Shown piece by piece: positions 9,949-19,562 of a stretch of DNA of 64,000 bases. Position numbers and translations under genes: made by a program. This DNA comes from a virus. Every line of letters begins with the position of its first letter. Position 1 is the first letter of the stretch. The DNA is taken from the IMG/VR virus record IMGVR_UViG_3300033233_000004, positions 96,001-160,000 of that record; one strand, 5' to 3'. A model generated the notes under the pieces. It saw only the letters and a program-made list of their open reading frames with translations. It was not told where the DNA came from and ran no database searches.

Positions 9949-9963
9949 TATCCCAAATAATTA
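9949..9963 (-). promoter_or_regulatory. Candidate late-promoter motif TAATTATTTGGGATA (copy 2)
   Basis: Identical to 4787-4801. Confidence 0.4.
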
Positions 9964-9985
9964 CAAACTATAGTTTGGATTCTTA

Positions 9986-10090
9986 CTACCAGACATTAAA
10001 GCACTCATTATCACCCATATTTTTACCAGTACAAGCTCTACTAATTTTACGCTTAATTTCCTCAGAATTTTTACAACCAAGTTTAGGCAT
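9986..10090 (-). pseudogene. NUMOD3-only homing endonuclease remnant
   Basis: MPKLGCKNSEEIKRKISRACTGKNMGDN...* followed by an early stop. Confidence 0.5.
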
Positions 10091-10094
10091 ACAA

Positions 10095-10697
10095 TTATCC
10101 ACCCATCCCAAGACGTGTTCCTCTGAGACCTCTTGTAAGACTTCGTGGAAAAGAGGTTTGACCAGAAAAAGCACCCTTCGGATGTATACGCTCGAAGGCG
10201 AGGGTCTTTCTTAAAACGGGAAGTGTTGTATTAATAAAGGAAAGAATAGAACCATTGGCAATTGCGGCGTAATCTTGTTGCTTCTTACGCATTAAACTTA
10301 TACCATTATCCGAATATTCGAAATGGGTTCCAGCTTCGAAAATTTGTAAACGAACGCAAACAAAGAATTCAGCACATATCATCACTGGTGTAGAAAGTAT
10401 AGAAGATACAGTTTCATCTGTAGGATTAGCTGCACCCGCATATAAATCGGAAGAAGTAAATGTCGTAATGATTGGTGGAAAGGTATTGAAAAAATTGAGA
10501 CCCATACGAAAATCTTCCCACAACTCATCATTACTTAATTGACCCGGAAGTCGAAAATTAGAACCCGATGCTAATTGAGTCCTCATAGAAATTCTTGATC
10601 GTAAAAGGTCTACGAAAAATAACTGTTCAGTAGATAATTGATAAGGCATGTAATCACCGCAGATTAAATTTGAAATTGTATTGATAACCAAGTCCAA
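10095..10697 (-). CDS. Head-tail connector/neck protein (start may be at MPYQL)
   Basis: LSNDELW...LNFFNTFPP...FEYSDNGISL motif; downstream of the capsid block. Confidence 0.55.
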   Translation of the reverse strand: MDLVINTISNLICGDYMPYQLSTEQLFFVDLLRSRISMRTQLASGSNFRLPGQLSNDELWEDFRMGLNFFNTFPPIITTFTSSDLYAGAANPTDETVSSILSTPVMICAEFFVCVRLQIFEAGTHFEYSDNGISLMRKKQQDYAAIANGSILSFINTTLPVLRKTLAFERIHPKGAFSGQTSFPRSLTRGLRGTRLGMGG

Positions 10698-11152
10698 CCA
10701 GCACTCTTACTACCATTTCCACCGAATCCAACAACTCTTAGAAGTATATCAGTTTTCGCTGGTGGCGCAATTGTAACAAAGGGGGTAGTTCTTACCACTG
10801 TTCCGCCAGTTCCTGCATTTATATCACTAAGTGTTCCAGTGGATTCCAGACTTTGCCATGTAGAACCAGAATCTAATGAATATTGAACTCGTAATTTTGC
10901 AGTAGAAAACCCATCAATATCTTGAATACTACATATACGAAATTGTTCAAAATAACGTAGGTTAACCATTCTTCTGGCATATACTCCATTTTTGAATTCT
11001 GTAAGAGCAACGGGAATAGTCCAAGTAGTATCATACGCCACAGTTTGAGATACAATAGTCAAATCAAAAAAGGTATGATTCGGCAATATATCAGAGGATT
11101 GTAATAATTGCGGTTGTCCATCAACTACAACTACTGGTCTTCTAACAGTCAT
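10664..11152 (-). CDS. Virion decoration/fibre-like protein
   Basis: N-terminus RRPVVVVDGQPQLLQSSDIL shared with the neighbouring gene. Confidence 0.45.
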   Translation of the reverse strand: MTVRRPVVVVDGQPQLLQSSDILPNHTFFDLTIVSQTVAYDTTWTIPVALTEFKNGVYARRMVNLRYFEQFRICSIQDIDGFSTAKLRVQYSLDSGSTWQSLESTGTLSDINAGTGGTVVRTTPFVTIAPPAKTDILLRVVGFGGNGSKSAGWTWLSIQFQI

Positions 11153-11153
11153 T

Positions 11154-11618
11154 TTAGAGTTTTATTGGTTGTCTTTGAGTAATTTCAAAAGACGTTGCAG
11201 ACAATGCTTGACCAACTTCGACCACGTATCCGGTAACTGGTGGAGTATTGGATAGTCGTCCCTCTATTGTATCCAAATAATATACAGATTGAGGAACAAG
11301 GAATGTAGAACCAATGACTGCCGTCCAATCACTCTGTTCCAACTCACCATCAGTAATTATACTTCCACTGGCACCTGATAGAATGCTCGTATCATACACC
11401 AAACCAAATACACGCTGTTTTCCAGCAGTGGCGGCATTGGCAAGGTTTATACTACCACCAGAAGCTACGTAAACTGGTTGTCCTTTTACAATAGAACCTG
11501 TATTAGCATTGCCAGCTAATACCAAATCTAACTGTATGCCAAAAGCATCCAGAGTATCGCCAAATTGTAATTGTTCAATTTGACCGTTGTTTAAGACAAG
11601 GGGTTTTCGAGATGACAT
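11154..11618 (-). CDS. Capsid decoration/fibre protein (DUF2190-like)
   Basis: KGQPVYV...LANA...VFGLV...YYLD...GRLSNTPP...VGQALSAT. Confidence 0.55.
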   Translation of the reverse strand: MSSRKPLVLNNGQIEQLQFGDTLDAFGIQLDLVLAGNANTGSIVKGQPVYVASGGSINLANAATAGKQRVFGLVYDTSILSGASGSIITDGELEQSDWTAVIGSTFLVPQSVYYLDTIEGRLSNTPPVTGYVVEVGQALSATSFEITQRQPIKL

Positions 11619-11626
11619 AAATTACC

Positions 11627-12085
11627 TCATAATATAATAGGTTCATTAAACGAAAGTAATATTGTGCTTGGTTCAATAACTAACGCTATCCTTTGAACAA
11701 ATCCTGTAGATGGCGGTTCGTTAGAGAGTACTTTTCCATTTAAAAACAATTTATTACCCACTGTCCAAGACCAAGTGGGATTAACTACAAAACCATGTTG
11801 TTGTACTTGTTTTATTTCATCAATAGCCATATCTTCCAATGCAATTCCAACAAGCATTCCGCTCATTGAAATATCAGAAGAATTTGCTACTCGGCCATCT
11901 ATTGTAACAACATCATAAGCTGAGATTAATTCAGTAGCTTGAATTGCTACAGTATTTGTACCACCAGTAAATTGCAGTAGTCGTTCAATATTATCAACAG
12001 CTTCGGCAAGTAATAATACCTGATTTCTATTAGCTGCCCATGTATGCTCGCCGTAATTATCAAGAATGAATTTATTAATTGGCAT
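11627..12085 (-). CDS. Capsid decoration/fibre paralog
   Basis: LVGIALED...WSWTVGNKLFLNG...PPSTGFVQRIA; ATG 12085 preferred over TTG 12109, which lies at the terminator. Confidence 0.5.
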   Translation of the reverse strand: MPINKFILDNYGEHTWAANRNQVLLLAEAVDNIERLLQFTGGTNTVAIQATELISAYDVVTIDGRVANSSDISMSGMLVGIALEDMAIDEIKQVQQHGFVVNPTWSWTVGNKLFLNGKVLSNEPPSTGFVQRIALVIEPSTILLSFNEPIIL

Positions 12086-12109
12086 AAGATAGGAAGTATT
12101 AAAACGCAA

Positions 12110-12145
12110 AAAGGGTTAACCCTCGTTAAGAAGGTTAACCCCTTT
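12110..12145 (-). terminator. Intrinsic terminator after the capsid gene
   Basis: AAAGGGTTAACC...GGTTAACCCTTT inverted repeat followed by a U-tract. Confidence 0.65.
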
Positions 12146-12183
12146 GAAGGTTTCTTAAAAATTACAGATTAAATTACCCTATG

Positions 12184-12978
12184 TTATTGGGTAATTGTAC
12201 CTGAATGCGTACCACGAGCAACGCCGTTAGCAACCAAAGCCGCCATACCAAGTTCCTCATAAGCTACGTAACCGATACTTGCCTGTTTTGGAGCATCGTC
12301 TGGCATAAGCATAAGCTCAGTACGGACAGGCATAACACCAAAGAATCTTGGCTCTGCCAATGCGTACACTGAACCACGCTGTACCTGACGGCTGACAATA
12401 AGGTCAATACCCCAAATGGAACCGTACAGACCAGTTTCCAATACCTCACGAAGAGATACAGGGTCGAGGTCTTTGTTCGACCAAACACGGATGTCTGCGA
12501 ACGAACGGAAACGCATAAGGAATGCGTACTGTGGGAGGTCGAAGTCCATGATAGACGTAGATAAGTCGTTCAAGAAAATCTTGCTTGCACCAGCCGTACC
12601 AACTGTGTAAGGAACATTGGCAAGGTTACCTGCCGTTGTACCATTCAAAAGTGCCAAGAACTGCAAGTCTTCCTGTTCCTGAACTGCAATCTTAAGTGCT
12701 TCTTGAGTACGATCAAGAATGTTGAAACGCCTCTGTTGAATCTCAGACAGACGGATGTTTGCGTCTGCGAAGATTTCCCAAGTCGTCGGTTCAACAAACT
12801 CAGCGTTGATATTAACTTCATCAACCGCACCCTTCTTTGCAACTACGAAAGCATTAACTTGTTTCTTAATGTCCCTATCGTAACGAACAATCTGACCTTG
12901 AGCCAGAATGTCAATTTCGAGGAACTTTCGGGCTACACCAACGTAGTCCAATTGTTCACGGATAGGCACTGCCATTTG
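12184..12978 (-). CDS. Major capsid protein, exon 2 (spliced product about 314 aa)
   Basis: QMAVPIREQLDYVGVARK...QEQEDLQF...GLYGSIWGIDLIVS...IGYVAYEELG, an HK97-fold capsid pattern. Confidence 0.85.
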   Translation of the reverse strand, partial: QMAVPIREQLDYVGVARKFLEIDILAQGQIVRYDRDIKKQVNAFVVAKKGAVDEVNINAEFVEPTTWEIFADANIRLSEIQQRRFNILDRTQEALKIAVQEQEDLQFLALLNGTTAGNLANVPYTVGTAGASKIFLNDLSTSIMDFDLPQYAFLMRFRSFADIRVWSNKDLDPVSLREVLETGLYGSIWGIDLIVSRQVQRGSVYALAEPRFFGVMPVRTELMLMPDDAPKQASIGYVAYEELGMAALVANGVARGTHSGTITQ

Positions 12979-14002
12979 CAATATGTTACGTCTTATTCAG
13001 ACGGTGACAGTATTTCTACTGCACTCTTACTGTTGCCAGTAAGCTCGGACTATCTCTTCACTTTGGTATATTCAACCAAAATGTTTCACGTATAGTCTCT
13101 GAGGAGCACAAAACTTCTTTATGCATTTTGTATTTGAAATAAGGAACATAAAATCGAGAAAGATATTTGCTCAATATATGTCTTGTATCAGCCGCAAAAT
13201 ACAAATACCAATAGTGGGTTTTTCCATTACTTTTTTGAATCGGTGTTGTTTTTATTCCAAATTTTTTGAAGAAGTAATACCGAATAAGTTTTACTTCTTC
13301 TAAAGTAAAGGAACATGTTGATAACCAATAACTATTTTTATCAAATGCTCCATCGTCATAGAATAAAAAGACAAGGCCAAGTATACTTAACCTATCCAAC
13401 GCCTCTTCTGTAACAATTTTACGTTTTTCTTCATTATACATCATCCTATATATACATTTCAAATCGGGATGTTGTATAGTAGAAAATCCGCAACTAACAT
13501 CGTTCATTTCATATTTTATATCTTGAACACATAGATTATTCAGCAGTAGCCTTTTAATCTTTACGTATTCTTGTTGTTTATACGAATGATGAACTCTTAG
13601 TCTAACAGAACCATTTTTATTAATATCTAAATTACCATCTCCAAAAATAGTGCCAATAATAAAACCATATTGCCATTCTGGAATTGGATTACATCGAAGT
13701 ACTTCCGCCCGTTGTTGAATATCGGCAAGTTCTGTTGTCAATCCAAAAGATTTTCTATAAAATATTATAGGGTCTATAGGAATATTCAGTATACTTGCAA
13801 CTTCAACATGAGAAAGTTGCTTGATATCATTTTGATTAAGAAAAGATTCTGTCAGTATGTTACTATACTTGTAACGATACGTTCCCATCTTAGTTTTGCT
13901 TTCCTGCTGATTGACTCTGTTCTCGGATTTTTACCCTTTGGGTACCGCTAACATTAAATGAGTTGTTCCAGCATATAGTGAAATTAGGTGCCCAAATTAC
14001 TA
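12979..14002 (-). mobile_element. Group I intron (1,024 nt) in the major capsid gene
   Basis: P1 exon GGUGCU with IGS GGGCACC and U.G at the splice site; P10 AUUUG/CAAAU; P7 CAGAGACUAUACG (13089-13101) and AAGAGAUAGUCCG (13046-13058); terminal G at 12979; in-frame join AVGA|QMAVP. Confidence 0.9.
13058..13888 (-). CDS. Intron-encoded LAGLIDADG homing endonuclease
   Basis: Two motifs: GFIIGTIFGDGNL and GLVFLFYDDGAF. Confidence 0.88.
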   Translation of the reverse strand: MGTYRYKYSNILTESFLNQNDIKQLSHVEVASILNIPIDPIIFYRKSFGLTTELADIQQRAEVLRCNPIPEWQYGFIIGTIFGDGNLDINKNGSVRLRVHHSYKQQEYVKIKRLLLNNLCVQDIKYEMNDVSCGFSTIQHPDLKCIYRMMYNEEKRKIVTEEALDRLSILGLVFLFYDDGAFDKNSYWLSTCSFTLEEVKLIRYYFFKKFGIKTTPIQKSNGKTHYWYLYFAADTRHILSKYLSRFYVPYFKYKMHKEVLCSSETIRETFWLNIPK

Positions 14003-14152
14003 AGCACCAACTGCTTGCCTTCCCGCTTCTGTTTGCAACGCATCAAACACTTGGTCTACGCTTACGGCATCCTGAAACGTCTGGAATCCGTCTTGTGCAG
14101 CCGTTGCCTGTGATGCTGTTGTTGCAAAACCTGCTTGTGGCTTGTTATTCAT
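14003..14152 (-). CDS. Major capsid protein, exon 1 (50 codons)
   Basis: GAGG SD, ATG 14152, MNNKPQAGF...LQTEAGRQAVGA; the TAG that follows is the first intron triplet. Confidence 0.85.
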
Positions 14153-14266
14153 GATATTACCTCTCATGTTATTATGTGATTATATTACCTGCAAGACAAA
14201 CTTGCAGTTATTGTACCGATATTGGAGCGGGATTTAAGGGAACCCCGCTCAGACCTTTTGCACAGC

Positions 14267-14749
14267 TTAGATACGGAACAAAATACCAAGCGTGTAATCG
14301 TTGGCTGCATTAGGCACCTGAATAAGCTTTGCCTGTACAGAACCTGTCTGGCTTGCGCCACCAACTGTAACCACCGAACCAGTAAGCGTTAGCCTACCAA
14401 GAGAGTTGACCCACAAGTTATTACCAACAGAACCAGCTTCAACATCAAGTGCATATGCACGAGTTGGATCACCTGCTGCAACTTCTGCGGAGTGGTTGAT
14501 ATAAACCTTTGAACCAACACCATAGATACCAGTCAACAGAGAACCTGTTGGCGGAGTCGAAAGACCCAACTGTGTGGTATTTGCAGGGTCAACACCCATG
14601 AAGAGAGCATTGTCATTTGCTGCTAATACTGCTTCCCCAAGAGAGTTTAATGTGAAAAAGTTACCCGGAACCCAACCAGTTGTAATGGTTGCTGCGGAAA
14701 CTTTGAAAGTGTCTTTTGCAAACACACGATTCATTAATACTTTACTCAT
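14267..14749 (-). CDS. Capsid cement/decoration protein
   Basis: 160 aa immediately upstream of the capsid gene; Gly/Ala/Thr-rich. Confidence 0.6.
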   Translation of the reverse strand: MSKVLMNRVFAKDTFKVSAATITTGWVPGNFFTLNSLGEAVLAANDNALFMGVDPANTTQLGLSTPPTGSLLTGIYGVGSKVYINHSAEVAAGDPTRAYALDVEAGSVGNNLWVNSLGRLTLTGSVVTVGGASQTGSVQAKLIQVPNAANDYTLGILFRI

Positions 14750-14801
14750 AATATTACCTCTTTACATTTGAGATTGAACGAATTTACGATTTTTTGACCG
14801 C

Positions 14802-16652
14802 TTACACTTTTTTCCTGTAATGCGGACGAACTTTTCGATACGATTCTTGTTCAGGGTCGAGTCCTTGTTTACGCAGACGATTTGCATACGTATCAAGATT
14901 ATGTGCAAATGATGTCTTAGTTAACGAAGACGTTGTTTGCATCTGTGGTACTACTGCGGCTTGAGTAATCTTACCATCAGTACTTACTTCTGATGCAACA
15001 CCTTCTGTATCAACATTCTTGTTATCTGGTTTACGAACAGCTTCATGAGTATTTGCAAGAATACCTTGTTCTACTTCTTCATTATCAGGAATACGAGCTT
15101 CTTTCAAAGCCGCTTCATTGACGATTGGCATAGACTCAATAAGTTCTTTCTGTGCTGCGAACTTAGCTTCGTCATATTCGACAACCTTACGAGCATACTC
15201 TGCAATAGCCGTCTTTGTAAACTTCACAATACCACGGCTTGCTGCCAAACGAGAGAAGTCAACTGCTACGCGAGCTTTTGCCCTGCGTATTTCAACTGAA
15301 GCTTCCGTCTTTGGCTTACCAGAACCAACTGAATCTGCATCATTACCACCAGTCAAACCACCCTCTACATCGTTTGCCGACTCTTCCTCTGGCTTGTAGT
15401 TAATGTTCATATCAACACCACTCTTGGTACCTGCATTTGCAGCAGCATCATTGATACCTGCGCCAAGATTAGCACCAGTCTTCTGACTTGATGTTAATGC
15501 TTTTGCAAACTCTGCATCACCAAATGCATCTTTGTAATATGCACGAAGTTTTGCTTTGTCCTTTACCTTTGGTTCGCGTTCTGCCGTTGCTTCCAAACCA
15601 ATAGTATCAACTTCTGCATTCAAATATGCTGCAACAGCCTCGATACCATTCTTTCTAATATGATTTACAACATTCTGTGAGAATGCTGGACTTGTGAAAA
15701 TAGCATAATTTTCTGCGGTCTTATCACCAACTGCTTTTGCCAATTTATCCCACGTTACAACAGCGTACTTACCTTGTTTGTCCTTGTTCAATGCACGAAG
15801 AACAAGAGCCGAACCAAATACATTGTTCTTGTTAACAACCTTGGCATTAACATATGCACCGAATTCATGTGGGTTACCTTCATCAGTCAAACGAGGTTCA
15901 GCAGCAGCATTTGGAAGAGCATCTTCCTTTGCCTTGTTTGTATGGAATTCTGCATTACCTGCTTCGTAGTGTTTGATTTCTTTTTTTGCGGAGTAGTTAA
16001 TGTCTCCATTAATACCCTTATCACCACTAAACTCTGCACCTGTTGGTGGAACTGCGGTACCAAATACTGTACCAAGTTCTGACCATGCTTGTTTTGCTTC
16101 TTTCACGTTCTGAACAACTGCATGAAGAGGGGAGTTATTGGAAACTTTAGTTGATGTTGATTTTCGTTTCAAAAGAAAAGCCCAATGACGAATTGCTCCA
16201 CGAGCATCCTCAACTGCGGAAATAGCTTGCTGTGTCAAAAGACCAATTTCGTTTTGTGCCTTTGCACTCAAACGGAAAGTCTTACTTGAAGTCTTTTGTT
16301 CCATATCAGCACCTTGGTCGGTAATGTTGTCGATACCCTCAACAACAGCCTTAAGGTCTGTGATAGCTTCATTAACAGTCTTCTTCGCCTCTTCAGGAGT
16401 CTTGATCTCAGGAACTTTTTCTTTACCTTCTTCTGTACCTGCTGGTGCACCAATTTCACTACCACCTGTCATGTCAACACCACCAAGATTTGCACTATCT
16501 TCATTGGACATATCGCCTGTACCTGCACCTGTAAAGGATTCAGGCGTATCATTAGATAGTTTGTTAATTAAATACTGTGCGCTCTTTTTGACAGAAGCAA
16601 GTTCAGTCAACATTTCACGCAGACTCTGGTTAACCTGTGCAGTTGAAATCAT
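14802..16652 (-). CDS. Scaffold/prohead core-like protein
   Basis: Upstream of cement and capsid genes; charged, helical, low-complexity; start at MISTAQV. Confidence 0.5.
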   Translation of the reverse strand: MISTAQVNQSLREMLTELASVKKSAQYLINKLSNDTPESFTGAGTGDMSNEDSANLGGVDMTGGSEIGAPAGTEEGKEKVPEIKTPEEAKKTVNEAITDLKAVVEGIDNITDQGADMEQKTSSKTFRLSAKAQNEIGLLTQQAISAVEDARGAIRHWAFLLKRKSTSTKVSNNSPLHAVVQNVKEAKQAWSELGTVFGTAVPPTGAEFSGDKGINGDINYSAKKEIKHYEAGNAEFHTNKAKEDALPNAAAEPRLTDEGNPHEFGAYVNAKVVNKNNVFGSALVLRALNKDKQGKYAVVTWDKLAKAVGDKTAENYAIFTSPAFSQNVVNHIRKNGIEAVAAYLNAEVDTIGLEATAEREPKVKDKAKLRAYYKDAFGDAEFAKALTSSQKTGANLGAGINDAAANAGTKSGVDMNINYKPEEESANDVEGGLTGGNDADSVGSGKPKTEASVEIRRAKARVAVDFSRLAASRGIVKFTKTAIAEYARKVVEYDEAKFAAQKELIESMPIVNEAALKEARIPDNEEVEQGILANTHEAVRKPDNKNVDTEGVASEVSTDGKITQAAVVPQMQTTSSLTKTSFAHNLDTYANRLRKQGLDPEQESYRKVRPHYRKKV

Positions 16653-16930
16653 ATGAGAACCCCATTTTAAAAATTCATGTAAAAGAAGATGGTATATGTC
16701 CACCCTACACACTAAAAGTAATGCTGAGAGGTCGAAATTTATAGTGGGTAAGAGAAAAAAGTAAAATAAAAAGAGATGCCACTTACAATGACATCTTTTC
16801 GATGACGAAACTTATGTTAATTGCTTAATATAGAGTAGATTGAGCTATCCCGTATGAGATGCAGTATTTAGCTTCTTTTGGAAGTTTAATACCATGCCAC
16901 ACAGAAATAATAAGATAAACAGAAATGTTA

Positions 16931-17743
16931 TTATACTACAATTGAGGAAGGTTTTCCAATAACTTGTAATGTCACCAAGTCTGGAAAAGATACTGCGGTA
17001 AGAATACCTGATTGGAAACAGCCTGTATCAACTCCACAAGCTTTTTTACTGAACTTAGGTACATCTCCTACAATTTTGTGTCCATAGAAAACAAAGAATT
17101 CCCCATCATAATTATTTTCCCAATCAATACGGTCTGGCTTACCTTCAAGAGAGACAGAACGAACAGGGCCGTATATTGCATATTCCATTGTCTTCGCTGG
17201 CCCCCATTCATTGACCATACCATAGCCATAAAAATGTGGATAAAAGGCTGCATGTACAGCTACAGCAGTTTGCGTTGGAGCAACCATCTTAATAGTTAAA
17301 GGTGTAGTTGCAAGAAATCGTTTATATGTATTTCGAGTATGCTCATCGACACCGGCAATTTGAAATAGAGTTGTATCAAGACCATGTTTTGGTTGAACTT
17401 TATTACCATTAAGTGCTCGAAGTAATTTCTCATCATGATTTCCAAGCACATTAAAAAATGGCATAAGAAGTTGGTCTTGTGTAAATCCTGCTCCTCGAAG
17501 ATATAACATAAGATGTAAACTCTGAAGAGAATCCTCACCACGATCACAAATATCTCCAATAAATACTATTTTTGTAGTGAAGTTGTCATTCGCTCCACCA
17601 TCTTTACCAAGAGCTATCTCATAGTCAGCAATTTTGAAAAGAAGGTCTTGAAATTGATTAACCATACCATGGACATCACCTATAATCCAAAATCGGTTGG
17701 CTGTCTCTTCTTGTACAAATGGCATTGTTGCTGGAATTTTCAT
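16931..17743 (-). CDS. Calcineurin-like metallophosphoesterase (Pnkp-phosphatase/PrpE-like)
   Basis: IGDVHG, GDICDRG, GNHDEK, YGH, DTGC. Confidence 0.85.
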   Translation of the reverse strand: MKIPATMPFVQEETANRFWIIGDVHGMVNQFQDLLFKIADYEIALGKDGGANDNFTTKIVFIGDICDRGEDSLQSLHLMLYLRGAGFTQDQLLMPFFNVLGNHDEKLLRALNGNKVQPKHGLDTTLFQIAGVDEHTRNTYKRFLATTPLTIKMVAPTQTAVAVHAAFYPHFYGYGMVNEWGPAKTMEYAIYGPVRSVSLEGKPDRIDWENNYDGEFFVFYGHKIVGDVPKFSKKACGVDTGCFQSGILTAVSFPDLVTLQVIGKPSSIVV

Positions 17744-17991
17744 TGACGGTCACCTTTGTGTATAGAATCTACTATATCCTTCATCTTTGAAAAAACGTCA
17801 TTGATAGCATTCCATGAATTTTCAAGTTGAATATAACTTTGTTTTATTTCGAATAGTTGAGTTTCTAACCATAGTTGATATTCCCAAGAAGCAAAACCTA
17901 ATTCACCATGACAAACTGGATTTGTTAACCATCTTTTACCAGTAGTTCTTTCATAATCTTCTCGTATAACTTCTGTTATTTCTTTATTCAT
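17740..17991 (-). CDS. Hypothetical protein
   Basis: ATGA-coupled on both sides. Confidence 0.6.
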   Translation of the reverse strand: MNKEITEVIREDYERTTGKRWLTNPVCHGELGFASWEYQLWLETQLFEIKQSYIQLENSWNAINDVFSKMKDIVDSIHKGDRQ

Positions 17992-18464
17992 AGTCGGTCA
18001 TCCTCCACAAATGGAAAAGCGTGTTTAAAATTGTTATGATAGCGTCGCACCACATCTTCTGATACTCGACGTTCACGATTGGCGTTTGCTATTAATGCAT
18101 CTTCAAGCGTAGTACCAAGGATAATATATACAATACGATATCCATATCGCTTTGCATAGTCGGCCATAATACGGCGAGTTTTTTGTTTGACCATGTATGC
18201 TGCATCAAAAATGACATCTTGTTTGAAACGCATTGCTTCTTCCAAACGTTGATATGCAATACGCCATGCTTCAGCATTTACTGATTGGTCAGATTCATCA
18301 CCGGATATTTCTGCACGAATTTCATCAGGACATATCTCGTTGACATTATGTGGGGCATCTATTGATTGTTGTTGAAGAAGCCCCAAGGACAAAGTTCGAC
18401 GAATAGTGCTCTTTCCTGTGGAGATACCACCTATTAATAAATACAATATAGGTGTATGTGTCAT
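17988..18464 (-). CDS. Polynucleotide kinase-like P-loop protein (AAA_33)
   Basis: GGISTGKST, PDEIR, VIFDA, NANRERRVSEDVV. Confidence 0.8.
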   Translation of the reverse strand: MTHTPILYLLIGGISTGKSTIRRTLSLGLLQQQSIDAPHNVNEICPDEIRAEISGDESDQSVNAEAWRIAYQRLEEAMRFKQDVIFDAAYMVKQKTRRIMADYAKRYGYRIVYIILGTTLEDALIANANRERRVSEDVVRRYHNNFKHAFPFVEDDRL

Positions 18465-18889
18465 ATTGTGATTACCTTTCTTTGAATTAAATACTCTTGT
18501 AACCTATCCAAAAATACAACTTGAGTGTGATGAATTATCGTTTTTGCTTCTTCAATAGAATAGGGTGCAAAACTATTAATCTCCCAACTAAGCTTTCCAA
18601 AGCCGATATATGGATGACAAAAACCATGTATTGTCTTCTGACCGTGTTTATACAATGAACAGCCAAGATAATACAAGTCTTTATCTTGTGCTTCAATACC
18701 AATTTCCTCTTTTACTTCTCTAATGGCACAATGACGAAAACTATTTTCATCAATAGCGTCCATCTCTCCTTTAGGAATACTCCACTTAGCTTTACTATTA
18801 TCGTTGATAACAGAAGATGGATGAACTAACCAAACTCTTAGATCAAAAACACGTTGTTCATAGAAAAGAATACCCGCCGTATAAATCAC
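18461..18889 (-). CDS. NUDIX hydrolase
   Basis: WSIPKGE...CAIREVKEEIG Nudix box. Confidence 0.85.
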   Translation of the reverse strand: MIYTAGILFYEQRVFDLRVWLVHPSSVINDNSKAKWSIPKGEMDAIDENSFRHCAIREVKEEIGIEAQDKDLYYLGCSLYKHGQKTIHGFCHPYIGFGKLSWEINSFAPYSIEEAKTIIHHTQVVFLDRLQEYLIQRKVITI

Positions 18890-19191
18890 TTCTCGTCTTC
18901 TTCTTTCACAATAGATTTCTTGATAAGATGTTTATGTTCTGATTCTTTGTATGGAATCACCTCTGTATGTCTTGAAATAAGCTCATGTTTATACATAGGT
19001 GGATAAGTAACCATTACATTACCTAAACCAATACTTATCAATTCGATAATTTTGTCACAATCAACAATAACATACTTTTCGCCTACTTTGCCATTTTTGA
19101 TATACATTAATCCTTCCTGCAAAGGATAAGATGGATTATCATAACTTTGGTCGATATGTTCTTCTTGTTTTGACTTCATGTTTATCTCCAC
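18886..19191 (-). CDS. Hypothetical protein
   Basis: Packed ORF in operon. Confidence 0.55.
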   Translation of the reverse strand: MEINMKSKQEEHIDQSYDNPSYPLQEGLMYIKNGKVGEKYVIVDCDKIIELISIGLGNVMVTYPPMYKHELISRHTEVIPYKESEHKHLIKKSIVKEEDEK

Positions 19192-19508
19192 GAACGCAAT
19201 TGTGTATGACCTTTGACTCCACGATTATGTCTTCGAGCAAGTCTTTGAGCTTTACGAAATTTCTTTCTGGCAACAATAGCTCGCCTCTTACTTTTACTCG
19301 TTTGGTTATTAATTCTCTTATTTGGTGAAACAATCCCTCTTTTGAAACGACGCAGTATTCCCTGTACTGCATTGAGTGCACTATCACTATGTGGATATAA
19401 TTCTGTACCTTCTCCACGTGAGTCTATAAAAGGTTCCGATGGTATCTTATCAGAACGTAGTGGTTGATTAGCAACCACATCAAGTTTCTCGTCTTTTTCC
19501 GAAGTCAT
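19182..19508 (-). CDS. Basic protein resembling ribosomal protein bS21
   Basis: ILRRFKR followed by SKSKRRAIVARKKFRKAQR; AGGAG SD. Confidence 0.4.
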   Translation of the reverse strand: MTSEKDEKLDVVANQPLRSDKIPSEPFIDSRGEGTELYPHSDSALNAVQGILRRFKRGIVSPNKRINNQTSKSKRRAIVARKKFRKAQRLARRHNRGVKGHTQLRSWR

Positions 19509-19532
19509 AACAAAATCTCCTGTGAATATAAA

Positions 19533-19552
19533 TGGGGGACTTTCATCCCCCG
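19533..19552 (-). terminator. GC-rich hairpin downstream of the DUF932 gene
   Basis: GGGGGA...TCCCCC inverted repeat. Confidence 0.4.
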
Positions 19553-19562
19553 TGGGGCTTGT

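Noticed and set aside
14000-14002. TAG read-through or alternative genetic code (also at 41833 and 34807)
   Set aside because: The capsid TAG is explained by the intron. TAG terminates many intact genes, long genes have no internal stops, and no suppressor tRNA was seen.
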